From contig JBHGNT010000107.1 of NCBI GenBank assembly GCA_043228905.1, forward strand, positions 20,364 to 84,363: 64,000 nt of DNA. Direction: 5' to 3'. Positions within the stretch are counted from its first letter, which is position 1; every line of letters starts with the position of its first letter. Under the pieces are notes generated by a model that searched no databases, was not told where the DNA came from, and worked only from the letters and a program-made list of their open reading frames with translations. Below, piece by piece: positions 1-10,634 of the stretch. The stretch is from Azolla caroliniana. Lineage: Eukaryota > Plantae > Polypodiophyta. A program made the position numbers and the translations under genes.

Positions 1-806
1 ATCTACGTGACTACAAAGGGGAGATGATGCGATGTGGGATACCGGAAGGATTGCAAGTGATATCCTTTAGTCGGGTAGCCACGGATGAATTACAAGAAAG
101 AATCTACAAGATACGGCAACAAAATCCAACATGGGGGTCCTTTGAAGAAGCTTTACGAGAGGCATATGACTATGAGAGATCGAAGGGACGAGATCGACGC
201 GAGTTTCACGAATGGGTGGCATCGGAGAAGACCCACCGAAGTGCAACACAAGCATTCCTAGAGTTCGAGCATCGTCTTGCTCGACTCTCGGAGCGGGAAC
301 AACGATTGGTGGGGGAGGATAAAGTCCTAATGTTCGTAAAATCGATCGATCGAAAAGAAAGGATGGACATCGGGATCGAACTCAAAGACGATGACGGTAC
401 GAATGGTCTTACTGAAGATTGGGCCGAAGTCCAAAGGGTATGCCGGAGACATGATGAGAGGAAGATGAGAATCTTGTCAACGACATGGCCGATGAAGGAT
501 GGTCAATTGAAGACAAATGATTGAGCCGATATGAAGGCCGAAATACAACATGATGGTGCGACGGAAGATGGTGTAAAACAAGCTACCCTCTTGTCTTGCG
601 AAAGAACAATGACGAAGGATAAGGCCGATAACCCAAGTGTAGAAGAAAATTTCAGAATACAAGTGTCCGAAACATCGGGTGAAAAAGGAGTAAGCATAAT
701 TGATGCAGTGAAAGAGAGCAAGGAGGACTTGATTGAGGAGGTCACCACGAAAGATGACATCGAATCGAAGGTGGCTATGGACGAATCAACGACGGATGGC
801 CATATC
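1..806 (+). pseudogene. gag-like remnant of LTR element 'E', interrupted by the chromovirus and resuming at 6578
   Basis: ORF 24-524 has a retrotransposon gag-like helical pattern (..TWGSFEEALREAY..LTEDWAEV). The sequence resumes after TSD ATATC and leads to a PPT and LTR at 7654. No pol is seen. Confidence 0.55.
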
Positions 807-1096
807 TGTCATAACTAGACTCGAACCCATAACCTTTTGTTACACGGGTCGAGACTTTACCATTAGGTTATGAGTTGTAATTTGAAGGATATTATTTTCA
901 TTTAGGTTTTATTAGGAAATTGATGTATATTCCAGATTTCTCTGGAACATTCTAGAAACTTCAGGAGTATTCCTGAAGACACTATAAAAGGAGGCGCAAG
1001 GCATTAGTTCGAACCAAATCGGTTCAACGCCAGTCTTAAGCCTTCTAACTACTGTTGTATATCTTCCGTCATATAATACATATATCTTTCGCATCA

Positions 1097-1136
<40 letters not shown>

Positions 1137-1273
1137 ACTCACTCATTCCTTCTCTCAAAGTTCGACACCTCTCATAGTACTAATCCTTCTTTGTCTTAGT
1201 ACTATTCCCCAACAATAGTACTAATCCTTCTTTTAGTACTAATTCCTTCTCTGCCTTAATAGAGTTCCTGACA
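807..1273 (+). repeat. 5' LTR of chromovirus
   Basis: Starts TGTCATAAC and ends CCTGACA. TATAAAAG at 983-990, (CT)n tract, four TAGTACTA motifs in U5. By eye it differs from the 3' LTR by one substitution and one CT unit. Confidence 0.97.
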
Positions 1274-1287
1274 GTTTGAACCGATTT
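1274..1287 (+). promoter_or_regulatory. Non-tRNA (self-priming type) primer binding site
   Basis: No TGG tRNA-type PBS. TTGAACCGATTT (1276-1287) is the exact reverse complement of AAATCGGTTCAA (1016-1027), about 30 nt downstream of the LTR TATA box. Confidence 0.75.
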
Positions 1288-1362
1288 TTCCCTACTAGTC
1301 TCCCTCTTCCTTCTGTCTCTCTCCTTTCCTACTAGTCTCTTATTTCCCTTTTCCTTCATCCC

Positions 1363-2532
1363 ATGGCCACCGTTAGCGCTGAAGAGTATCAATCCGTTTT
1401 CTCGGAATTTCAGTGCTTGAAAGAGAAGTTTCATGCTTTGGAACAAGAAAATCAACGCTTGTTGGGGGATCTTCAGCAAATTTCCTTAGAAAAGCAGCAA
1501 ACGCAACAACAGCATGGGGAACTTGCGTTACGCGTGCAACAACTCGAAGCAACCATCGTAGCAATGCAACAACAAGGGCACGGAGCACAAGGGATTCATA
1601 AAGAACCCAAGATTGGCCTTCCCACGAAGTTCGATGGAACGCGATCGCAGTTTAGAGGGTTTCTTAACCAGGTACGGTTAGTTATTCAAATGCATCCGTC
1701 CCGATATCCCACCGATGCATCACGAGTGGGTTTAGTAGGCACGTTGTTAAATGGCTCAGCATTAGCATGGTTCGCTCCGCTACTAGAAAAGGAATCTCCA
1801 GTACTAAATAATTTTGAAGAATTCATAAGTGAGTTTAAAGCATGTTTTGGAGATACTGACAGCATAAGGACTGCAATCAACAAAATCCGGCGATTACGCC
1901 AAGGTGACCGTCCAGCCTCCGCATATGCTGCAGATTTCCGCCTACTCGCCGCCGATATCCCCTGGGATGATCAAGCATTGATGGAGCAGTTCCGCTATGG
2001 TCTACGCAACGATGTCAAGGATTTACTCTTGACTTTCCCTGAAGAGCCAAAATCATTAACAGAAGCAATCAGTCGAGCGGTCAGATGTGACAACCGCCTC
2101 TTCGAGCGACGTTCGGAACGACAATTTCAGATGCCGAGGGCAAGATCCGAGCCTACCTATGCCTCAATGGTAGCGAAACCTTTTCAAAGGGAGTCACATA
2201 ATGCGCCTCCAGTAAGTACTCCAACTCCAATGGAAATTGACACTACACGTCGTCGTGGGCCGCTATCGGAGGAGGAAAAGCAACGACGCCGAACAAACCG
2301 ATTATGCCTTTATTGCGGTGGACCAGGGCATATCGCGATAAACTGTCCCCATAGACCAAGAAGGCAGGTAAACCAAGTCATTGTTAGTTCTGACTATACT
2401 AAACCCGAGTCTATGTCAGTAGGAATCTCTGATAATCCTCATAGTCATAATAGTCCTAATAGTACTAATAGTCCGAATCTCGCAAACAAATTTGATGTCC
2501 TTAGCCAATTAGAAGAAGAGTTAAACGACTAA
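1363..2532 (+). CDS. gag: Gag (coiled coil, retrotransposon capsid, CCHC zinc knuckle)
   Basis: 389-aa ORF containing PTKFDG..FRGFL, LRQG...Y...F and CLYCGGPGHIAINC. Confidence 0.95.
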   Translation: MATVSAEEYQSVFSEFQCLKEKFHALEQENQRLLGDLQQISLEKQQTQQQHGELALRVQQLEATIVAMQQQGHGAQGIHKEPKIGLPTKFDGTRSQFRGFLNQVRLVIQMHPSRYPTDASRVGLVGTLLNGSALAWFAPLLEKESPVLNNFEEFISEFKACFGDTDSIRTAINKIRRLRQGDRPASAYAADFRLLAADIPWDDQALMEQFRYGLRNDVKDLLLTFPEEPKSLTEAISRAVRCDNRLFERRSERQFQMPRARSEPTYASMVAKPFQRESHNAPPVSTPTPMEIDTTRRRGPLSEEEKQRRRTNRLCLYCGGPGHIAINCPHRPRRQVNQVIVSSDYTKPESMSVGISDNPHSHNSPNSTNSPNLANKFDVLSQLEEELND

Positions 2533-2564
2533 GTCCAGCCAAAATAGGAGCCGTTTGGTTGGAC
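2520..2564 (+). promoter_or_regulatory. -1 programmed ribosomal frameshift signal (slippery site plus stem-loop)
   Basis: G_TTA_AAC at 2520-2526, a 6-nt spacer, then an 11-bp stem GTCCAGCCAAA/TTTGGTTGGAC. Pol is in the -1 frame and open from the slip site. The same sequence occurs in the second copy (about 31267-31311, minus strand). Confidence 0.8.
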
Positions 2565-5500
2565 AGCCCTAGATCTGTGCAGCCCATTAGTGGTTCCATT
2601 CCCTCTAAGCAAGTTAGTGATGTGTTCGTAGTCCAAGTAGCAGTTAGTACTAAAAGTACCCCTCCAGTACATACCTTAGCCCTTCTAGATTCCGGAGCTA
2701 ATTCTTGCTTCATGGATAGGAATTTTGCCCGAGCTCATCAGATATCTCTCAGAAAGCTCCCATGTCCAGCCTCAGTAGTAGTCATTGATGGTCGTCCCAT
2801 TGCTTCTGGTAATATCATAGAAGAGTCGGAACCCGTTAATATTGTCCTAGATAACTTAACATGTGTAGTATCATTTAATATTATTAGTATTCCAGAACAT
2901 CCCATAGTTTTAGGATTACCATGGTTCGAGTTACATGACCCAGACATAGATTGGAGGACAAGGGAAATCCGGTTGCGACAAACCCAAGGATCTACCCAGA
3001 AGGTTGCAACCATTTCGCTACGTCAGTTGCGTGAGGAAGGGCGCAAGGAGGAAATGTTTCTCTTTGCAATATCAGTACAACCCTCCAGCACCACCAAAGA
3101 GGAGTCCACCGTTCAACTTCCCGAGAAGTATCGTCAGTATGCTGATGTGTTCGATAAAGTACAAGCCAACACACTTCCTCATCATCGGCCGTACGACTGC
3201 GCCATCGACTTACAACCGGGAAAAGAGCCGCCATGGGGGCCGATCTACAATTTGTCACCAACCGAGCTAGAAGTCCTTCGAGCCTATATAGAGGAGAATT
3301 TGGAGAACGGTTTCATTCGGCATTCGAAATCTCCAGCCGGCGCACCCATTTTCTTCGTCAAGAAAAAAGATGGCTCGCTTCGACTCGTTGTAGATTACCG
3401 TGGCTTGAATAAGGTCACAGTAAGAAATAGGTATGCTCTTCCCCTTATCTCAAGTCTTTTAGAACGGATCAACGGTGCCAGGTTCTTCACGAAGATCAAC
3501 TTACGAGGAGCCTATAACCTCGTACGGATCCGACCAGGAGATGAATGGAAGACCGCGTTTCGCACCAGATATGGGCACTTCGAGTATACGGTCATGCCGT
3601 TCGGACTCACTAATGCGCCGGCAGTCTTCCAGCACATGGCGAATGATATATTTCGAGACCTCTTGGATGATTTTTTGATCATCTATTTGGATGATCTACT
3701 GGTTTATTCAAAGACCCAAGAAGAACATGATTCTCATGTACTATTAGTACTAAAACGACTTCGAGAACATGGTCTGTATGCAAAGTTAGAGAAATGTAGT
3801 TTCGGGTGCAACCAAGTGGAGTTTCTCGGCTATGTCATCTCCTCAGAAGGCATATCTATGGACCCAGCCAAGGTCAAAACGGTGATAGAATGGCACACTC
3901 CGCGTTCGGTGCGGGATGTGCAATGCTTCCTAGGCTTTGCAAATTTCTACCGGAAGTTCATACAAAATTACTCAAAAATTGTGCTGCCTCTCACACAGCT
4001 CACCAGGAAGGGACAATCATTCATTTGGTCTAAAGAGACGGACATGGCTTTCGAGAGTCTTAAGAAGGCGTTTACATCAGCTCCAATTTTAGGTCATGTG
4101 GATCCGGAAAAACCATTCATTATCGAAGCTGATGCATCGGATTTCGCATTGGGGAGCATTCTGTCACAACAGGGTAACGACGAGAAGCTACATCCTGTGG
4201 CTTTCCACTCCTGTAAGTTTGATGCCGCCGAAATCAACTACGAAATTCATGATAAAGAGCTATTAGCAATAGTTGATTCTTTTATGCAATGGAGGCATTT
4301 CCTGGAGGGATCTCCTCATCAGGTCACTGTATTCAGTGACCACAAGAACCTTGCCTACTTTCAAGATGCTCGTGTACTGAATCGACGTCAAGCTCGGTGG
4401 GCCCATTTCCTCACACGCTTCGACTTCAAAATTACATATCGTCCGGGGAAGCACCAAGGGAAGGCAGATGCATTATCACGGCGTTCGTATCTAACACCAC
4501 GTCCCGGTGAGCCAGCTTTCGATAACCAGAAGCAAGTAATCTTGGGTCCAGCACGACTGCAAGCAGCACAGATCTTTGACATGCCCGTGGATTCCGACAT
4601 TACCAATACTATACGTGAGGACTTGAAGACTGACGCTTTCGCCCAAGCTATACTAGCACAAATTGACCCCTCTCGAGCGTCATGTTCACAATCACAATCA
4701 CCAGGTACGGATTATCGGCAATTCAAATACTGTGATGGATTACTCTTCTTTAAAGAACTTTTGTATGTTCCTAATGGTTCTTGCCGCCTTCGAGTAGTAC
4801 AAAACTGCCATGACACATATACAGCAGGACATTTTGGTAGTACTAAAACATTAGATTTAGTACAACGATCATTCTGGTGGCCCCGTATGCGACAATTTGT
4901 CGAAGATTTTGTTCGGACTTGCGATACATGCTGCAGAGCGAAAATGCCAAGACATCATCCATATGGTTTATTAGAACCATTACCAATTCCAAGCAAGCCA
5001 TGGCAATCCATTGCTCTTGACTTCATTACAGATCTTCCAGTCTCTAAGGGATTCAGTGCGATTCTCACAGTGGTGGATCGATATACGAAGATGGCTCATT
5101 TCTTACCATGTACTAAAGAAATATCTAGTGAAGACACCGCCGAAATTGTCATGCGGGAAGTATGTCGGCATCATGGACTCCCTGATAATATCATCAGCGA
5201 TCGTGGACCCCAGTTTGTGTCAAAATTCTGGAAGCACCTTTTTAAAATGCTGAAGGTCACTTGTAACCTCTCCTCCGGCTACCACCCACAAACCGACGGT
5301 CAAGCCGAACGAACAAATCAAACACTGGAGCAGTATCTGCGGTGCTTTCTCAACTATCATCAGAATGACTGGGCAGATATTCTTCCGTTCGCCGAATTTG
5401 CCTATAATAACGCTATCCACGCATCGACTAAAGTCACGCCATTCTACGCTTATACGGGATATCATCCCCGGTGGTGTGTCCTTGAAACCCCAGAAGTGTC

Positions 5501-6116
5501 CACAAATCCTTGCGCGGAGGATCGTTTGGAGCGGTTACGCAAGATACAAGCGGATTTATCTACTCAACTCCAGCAAGCTCAACAATCACACAAGGACTAC
5601 GCAGATCGTCATCGACTTCCATCCAGTTTTAACATTGGAGATCGGGTGTGGCTGCTACGACGACACATCAAGACTACTCGCCCATGTGAGAAGTTGGATT
5701 ATCGACGATTAGGTCCTTTCTGTATTATCGGGAAGATTAATGATGTCGCTTTTCGTCTCGAGCTACCTCCGCAACTTCGGATACACCCGGTGTTTCATAG
5801 TTCTCTCCTCGAACCCTATCACGAGAGCACTATCCCAGGACGTACTATACAACCTCCACCTCCTATCGAGCTCGAAGATGGACCTGAGTATGAGGTCGCT
5901 GCCATCCTCGATTCCAAGATTGTTCGCAACAAGCTCTACTATCTAGTCGATTGGCTAGGATATAGTCCCAGCGAGCGTACTTGGGAACCGATCGAGAATG
6001 TGACCAATGCTCGTGCTCTTCTAGAAGACTTCCATCGACGATATCCCGAGAAACCGGGTCCTCAATCCAAAACGACTCGTGAAACTCGTCGTTTTAAAGG
6101 GGGGATAGTGTCATAA
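2559..6116 (+). CDS. pol: Pol: aspartic protease, RT, RNase H, integrase, chromodomain
   Basis: Motifs LLDSGA, YLDD, ADASD, HHCC with DFITDL/ISDRG/GQAER, and C-terminal EYEVAAILDSK..YYLVDWLGY..TWEP. The true start is probably via frameshift at about 2526. The first RT Asp reads Asn (KINLR). Confidence 0.95.
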   Translation: MDSPRSVQPISGSIPSKQVSDVFVVQVAVSTKSTPPVHTLALLDSGANSCFMDRNFARAHQISLRKLPCPASVVVIDGRPIASGNIIEESEPVNIVLDNLTCVVSFNIISIPEHPIVLGLPWFELHDPDIDWRTREIRLRQTQGSTQKVATISLRQLREEGRKEEMFLFAISVQPSSTTKEESTVQLPEKYRQYADVFDKVQANTLPHHRPYDCAIDLQPGKEPPWGPIYNLSPTELEVLRAYIEENLENGFIRHSKSPAGAPIFFVKKKDGSLRLVVDYRGLNKVTVRNRYALPLISSLLERINGARFFTKINLRGAYNLVRIRPGDEWKTAFRTRYGHFEYTVMPFGLTNAPAVFQHMANDIFRDLLDDFLIIYLDDLLVYSKTQEEHDSHVLLVLKRLREHGLYAKLEKCSFGCNQVEFLGYVISSEGISMDPAKVKTVIEWHTPRSVRDVQCFLGFANFYRKFIQNYSKIVLPLTQLTRKGQSFIWSKETDMAFESLKKAFTSAPILGHVDPEKPFIIEADASDFALGSILSQQGNDEKLHPVAFHSCKFDAAEINYEIHDKELLAIVDSFMQWRHFLEGSPHQVTVFSDHKNLAYFQDARVLNRRQARWAHFLTRFDFKITYRPGKHQGKADALSRRSYLTPRPGEPAFDNQKQVILGPARLQAAQIFDMPVDSDITNTIREDLKTDAFAQAILAQIDPSRASCSQSQSPGTDYRQFKYCDGLLFFKELLYVPNGSCRLRVVQNCHDTYTAGHFGSTKTLDLVQRSFWWPRMRQFVEDFVRTCDTCCRAKMPRHHPYGLLEPLPIPSKPWQSIALDFITDLPVSKGFSAILTVVDRYTKMAHFLPCTKEISSEDTAEIVMREVCRHHGLPDNIISDRGPQFVSKFWKHLFKMLKVTCNLSSGYHPQTDGQAERTNQTLEQYLRCFLNYHQNDWADILPFAEFAYNNAIHASTKVTPFYAYTGYHPRWCVLETPEVSTNPCAEDRLERLRKIQADLSTQLQQAQQSHKDYADRHRLPSSFNIGDRVWLLRRHIKTTRPCEKLDYRRLGPFCIIGKINDVAFRLELPPQLRIHPVFHSSLLEPYHESTIPGRTIQPPPPIELEDGPEYEVAAILDSKIVRNKLYYLVDWLGYSPSERTWEPIENVTNARALLEDFHRRYPEKPGPQSKTTRETRRFKGGIVS

Positions 6117-6398
6117 CTAGACTCGAACCCATAACCTTTTGTTACACGGGTCGAGACTTTACCATTAGGTTATGAGTTGTAATTTGAAGGATATTATTTT
6201 CATTTAGGTTTTATTAGGAAATTGATGTATATTCCAGATTTCTCTGGAACATTCTAGAAACTTCAGGAGTATTCCTGAAGACACTATAAAAGGAGGCGCA
6301 AGGCATTAGTTCGAACCAAATCGGTTCAACGCCAGTCTTAAGCCTTCTAACTACTGTTGTATATCTTCCGTCATATAATACATATATCTTTCGCATCA

Positions 6399-6440
<42 letters not shown>

Positions 6441-6577
6441 ACTCACTCATTCCTTCTCTCAAAGTTCGACACCTCTCATAGTACTAATCCTTCTCTGTCT
6501 TAGTACTATTCCCCAACAATAGTACTAATCCTTCTTTTAGTACTAATTCCTTCTCTGCCTTAATAGAGTTCCTGACA
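6109..6577 (+). repeat. 3' LTR of chromovirus
   Basis: Near-identical direct repeat of 807-1273. Confidence 0.97.
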
Positions 6578-7653
6578 ATATCGAGACTTCGCCACCACTG
6601 ATTCCAGAGAGTGCGGCGGTTGCGTTCAAAAGGCAACGTGAGACCGAAGAGACGGAAGGTGGCGGAGAGAAAACAAAGGTCGAAGCCCATGCGTATGACG
6701 GAGAGATAGCCGAGAATATGGCTATGGGTGAAACAACGGAGGATGATAATACCGAGGATTCCTACCCACTAATTCTAGAGACTTCGGCGGTTGTGTCCGA
6801 GAACCAACGTGAGACCGGAGAGACGGGATGTGGCAGCAAGAAAGGTAAAGTCGGAAGCCAGTTCAGATGGAAGGTGATCCGGATGGGATTCCGATCCGAA
6901 AGAAAGCCGAACCGGGTAAAAGAGGATTCAACCAAAAGTCGACCCGAAAGAAAGTCGAACCGAAAGGAAGAGAATTCGGCCGAAAGATGACACAAACAAA
7001 AGCCGAACCGGGCGAATGAGGATTCGGCTGAAAGACGACCCGAAAGAAAGCCGACTCGAAAAGGGGTCGACTCGGTCAAAACCGATCGACCGAGTCTGAC
7101 TTGGCCGAACGCGAATATGGATGGAAGCCGACCTAGCCGAAAGCCGATCGGATGAGACCAATCCGGAAAGAAGCTAATCCGACTCAATCGGAGGTTGGAC
7201 CGGTCGAGGCTGGTGAAAACGAGGAAAAGAAAGCCAACCGAAACCGAAACCGATAGATCGAAACCGGGCCGAAAGGAGACCGACTCAATCGAAACCGAAC
7301 AACCAATTCCGATTCGGCCGAATACGAATCCGATCGGAAGCCGATCAAACCGAAAGTCGATCGGACGAGAGCGATCCGGAAAAAAGCGATCCGGAAAAAA
7401 GTCAAGGTTGATGAAGACAAGAAAGAGGCCAGTAAAAGACACTACCACGAATGACAAGGGCCAAGAATATGACGAGAGAGAACAAAGAATATGGTGGATC
7501 GGATGGCGACAATGGTTTGGGTGGAAAGAATGGGTCTACTCAAAATGGAGAGACAAAGTTGACATAGCGGGACAAATGGAGGATGAAGGGGAGACAACGA
7601 GCATCGGCAACTTCGGCACATACCGGAGGATGTGCGGGTTCGGAGGGGGCGAG
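6578..7653 (+). mobile_element. 3' internal region of element E (low-complexity CCGA/ACCGAA repeats), ending in a PPT
   Basis: Purine tract GGAGGGGGCGAG (7642-7653) directly precedes TGTCGT. No RT or IN motifs. Confidence 0.6.
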
Positions 7654-8445
7654 TGTCGTAGTGTATTTCGTACACTACGTGAAAAAGTAAAAATAATATA
7701 ACCGATTTAATTACATATAAATAAATAAAATAAGAATATCAAAATATTTATCACGTGCATAGGGCAAGATTCGAACCCTGTACCTCCACGTAACCAAACC
7801 TCAACTTTACAATTACGCTACCTTATCTTTAGTGTTATACAAATAGATTTAATAACTATAAGTGCTTTATTTTCGCCTACCATTATTAAAAAGTAAATCA
7901 TGCATTTTTAGAGTGCGTGAATATTTTATAGAAAAATGCAAGCAACTAAAAAGTGACTCATGCACATCTAGCGTGCATGAGCACTATATTTAGCAAATAA
8001 AAGCAAGGATTAGAAAAGCATCACATGCACATTTAGTGTGCATGAACATATTAGAAAAAAAACGCATGTAGCTATGCTTAGTCTCTCCCATCACTACATA
8101 AGGATGGGGAGCACAATGTAATAGGTGTGTGAAATATTTGGAAATTGGATATATTTCTGAAAACACCAACCGATTAATATAATCATGGGATTCACGAAAA
8201 TAATATAATCTATACTTGTGGGATTCACAAGTTTCTTATATCTTTCTTTCAATCTAAATACATATTCTTATCTAAATATTGATTAATCGAATACAATACA
8301 CTCGTGGGATTCACGAAATTTCTATCTCTCTTTCTAATAATCTATTCATTACTAGCCTCATCTCATATTCTTCTTTCTCCTAGTCCAAAACCCCAGTGGT
8401 TCCCACCCGACTCACGCAAACGATCCGGAGCCGAAAGGCACGACA
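7654..8445 (+). repeat. 3' LTR of element E
   Basis: TGTCGT...ACGACA termini after the PPT. AT-rich, with about 60-bp CATGCA-containing subrepeats (7885-8060) and TGGGATTCAC three times. Start resembles 12673. Confidence 0.7.
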
Positions 8446-10226
8446 CCGGCTCTTATTAACCCAGTTCTGACTCCTCCCTTGGCTGCGGCTCCTCGGGGCG
8501 GGGCTTTGGTATACTGTCCCTTAACGGACTTGATTCCTCCCCTCTGTGGCCCTCGTCACGTGTCTGTTTGCGACATACTAGGGGCTTGATAGGTTCTTCT
8601 TCCTCCTCCTCTACTAGGGTGCCGCTATTGATTAACGCCGCCAAGGGGTCTTGCTCTTGTGGTTGTTCCGATGGTTGTTCGGGCCGGTGCAGCTTAATTT
8701 TCAAGGGTCTCACCGGTGTCTCCTTCTCAATCGTACGCTTCCGGCTAGGCTGCTCCTTCGCCTTTTGTGAGGAGTCGGCCGCTTTCCATCCAATCACCTG
8801 TTTAGCCAGTAGTTGCTACCTTTTTGACGATGGGTTGGGGGCTTGATTCAGTCAGTCGCCCCCGCTTCTTCGGCTACATCGGTTCTACCGGCGGCGCTAA
8901 AAGAGTGATCCATTGCACCACCACCGTCCACATCTTCTTGTCATCCTTTATTGAGGCTATGGTCACGCTCAGACTATCAATGATAATCACCGTCCAATCC
9001 ACTTGTACCCCCTCGTAAGTTCCTATAATAAAACCGGCTCTGTTCTTTGGCATAGCCGGGGGTCGAGGGTGTACATGCCCATACCCATGAAGCACATGAG
9101 CAACCTCTCGGAAAAGAATGTCCTCGCCGCCTTGCGTGCGGTACGCCTTGCTAGCTAGGGAGTACTCACCGAAGAACTTTGTGAGCATCTCCGGTGAAGG
9201 GTCGTCGATCGAGAATAATCCGCCCTCTGATAGGCCAGTCATGGAGCGGATGGCCTCTTCTATGATGACCTCCGTATCGATCTCTTGCGCAACTTTCTCT
9301 GCCTCGTTGTGCGGAGGTGCCTCAACAATTCTCAGGAACCCTTCCAAGCCATGTTGCTTGAACCATTTTTTGGCCACTTTCGAGAGTACCATGTATTCCA
9401 TCTCGCTGTTTGAGTCTGTGGGACTTGGTAGGATTAGGACGCCTGTGCGATTCTCTTGCGTTTGTCTGATCACTCTTAATCTGTTGTGTGCGCTTAGTGC
9501 TTTGTTTTCGCGAAATGAGAGGGATTCTGTGAGACAGAGGTTTTGTCTCTCCATGCTTGGCACCTTTTCTTGATTCCCACGCATGCATGTCGTGTACTAT
9601 TATAGCAGTCGATTGACACTGGTGGGTTTTTAAAGAGGCTTTAATTAGCCACCAACCACACCTTTTCAAAGTGCATGTTTGCTCCTCGCCTATGCATGAT
9701 GACTTTTCTCTTCTTCTTCTTCTTCTTCTTCTTCTTCTTCTTTTTTAATATTATGAGGCCCGGTTGTCAGGTAACACCGGCTCCTCTTGATTTCCGGCCA
9801 GTTGCGTGCCACTTCCGGTTACCATGTCGATCTCAACCGGATGGAACGGGTTTGGTGGCATGGCCCCGTAATAGGGTTTAAGCCGGAACCCATTTACCCA
9901 TTTGTCCAGTACTTCGTCCGCAAGCATGCCTAACTGGTAAGAACCGTTGAATTCTCCTGTGATCTAGTATGCTCCGGTCCACCGGAAACGTAGCTTACCC
10001 ATCATCTTACCCATCTGGGTCTCAAACACGAGCACCGGCTTGCCGATTTCGAACAACTTCTCATTGCCCTTCTAGTGCCGGTCAACGAATGCCTTCCTTC
10101 ATCATTCCTCCAGTTCCAACTCCATGATACTCGCTATCCGATGCTCTTCCAGCTCACATAGTGCCGCCAATTGGATTTTCTCTGATTCCTTTTTGCTTAG
10201 TCGTTCCCGAACCTGTATTCTAAGCT
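8446..10226 (-). mobile_element. Fragment of non-chromovirus gypsy family 'D': integrase C-terminus and start of the extra ORF
   Basis: 9870-10220 translates to ..KLRFRWTG..NGFRLKPY, as at 58370-58600. ORFs 8874-9584 and 8456-8797 match the ORF at 56890-57765. Confidence 0.85.
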
Positions 10227-10634
10227 TTGAAAATCTAGAATTATTATTTTGAGAAGCGAACGGACGGACCCAGAATCGGTAAGCCGATCCGGATCCGGAC
10301 CGGTTCGTAGCCGGTTGCCGGTTGGCACCGGTTTGTACCCAGAGCCAGTGACCTATAAAAGGACCCGGTCTGTTTGTAATGAATTAGCAGTTTATTAATG
10401 CAAGTGTTGTTATGCTATACCTTGTTTGATCTTTAAAGCCTTAAGTTAATTACCGTTTTGTGCGGAATCTAATCTATCTTACGCGTGTATTATGCTCAAT
10501 AACCATATCGGTTAACATCCAGTGAGGAATGTGTTTGCATTATGGTTTGCGCCTACCCTACTTGCACCACCCTTTGGTGAAGTGTCCTAGAGGGACACCC
10601 TGTGTTAGGGCTAGTCCAGCCCCAAGGAATAACA
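10227..10634 (+). repeat. 5'-truncated family D LTR, opposite in orientation to the adjacent internal fragment
   Basis: Shares CCTATAAAAGG, TCTTACGCGTGT and CACCCTTTGGTGAAGTGTC..CACCCTGTGTTAGG with 19340-19698. Ends AATAACA. Confidence 0.8.

Larger units (their letters stand above)
807..6577 (+). mobile_element. Full-length Ty3/gypsy chromovirus (Tcn1/Tf1-like)
   Basis: TG..CA LTRs at 807-1273 and 6109-6577; 5-bp TSD ATATC (802-806, 6578-6582); gag, then PR-RT-RH-IN-chromodomain; PPT AAAGGGGGGATAG at 6096-6108. Confidence 0.97.

Noticed and set aside
6718-7701. Overlapping ORFs of 78-231 aa as genes
   Set aside because: They arise from low-complexity CCGA/GAAA repeats that are open in several frames, with no domain motifs.
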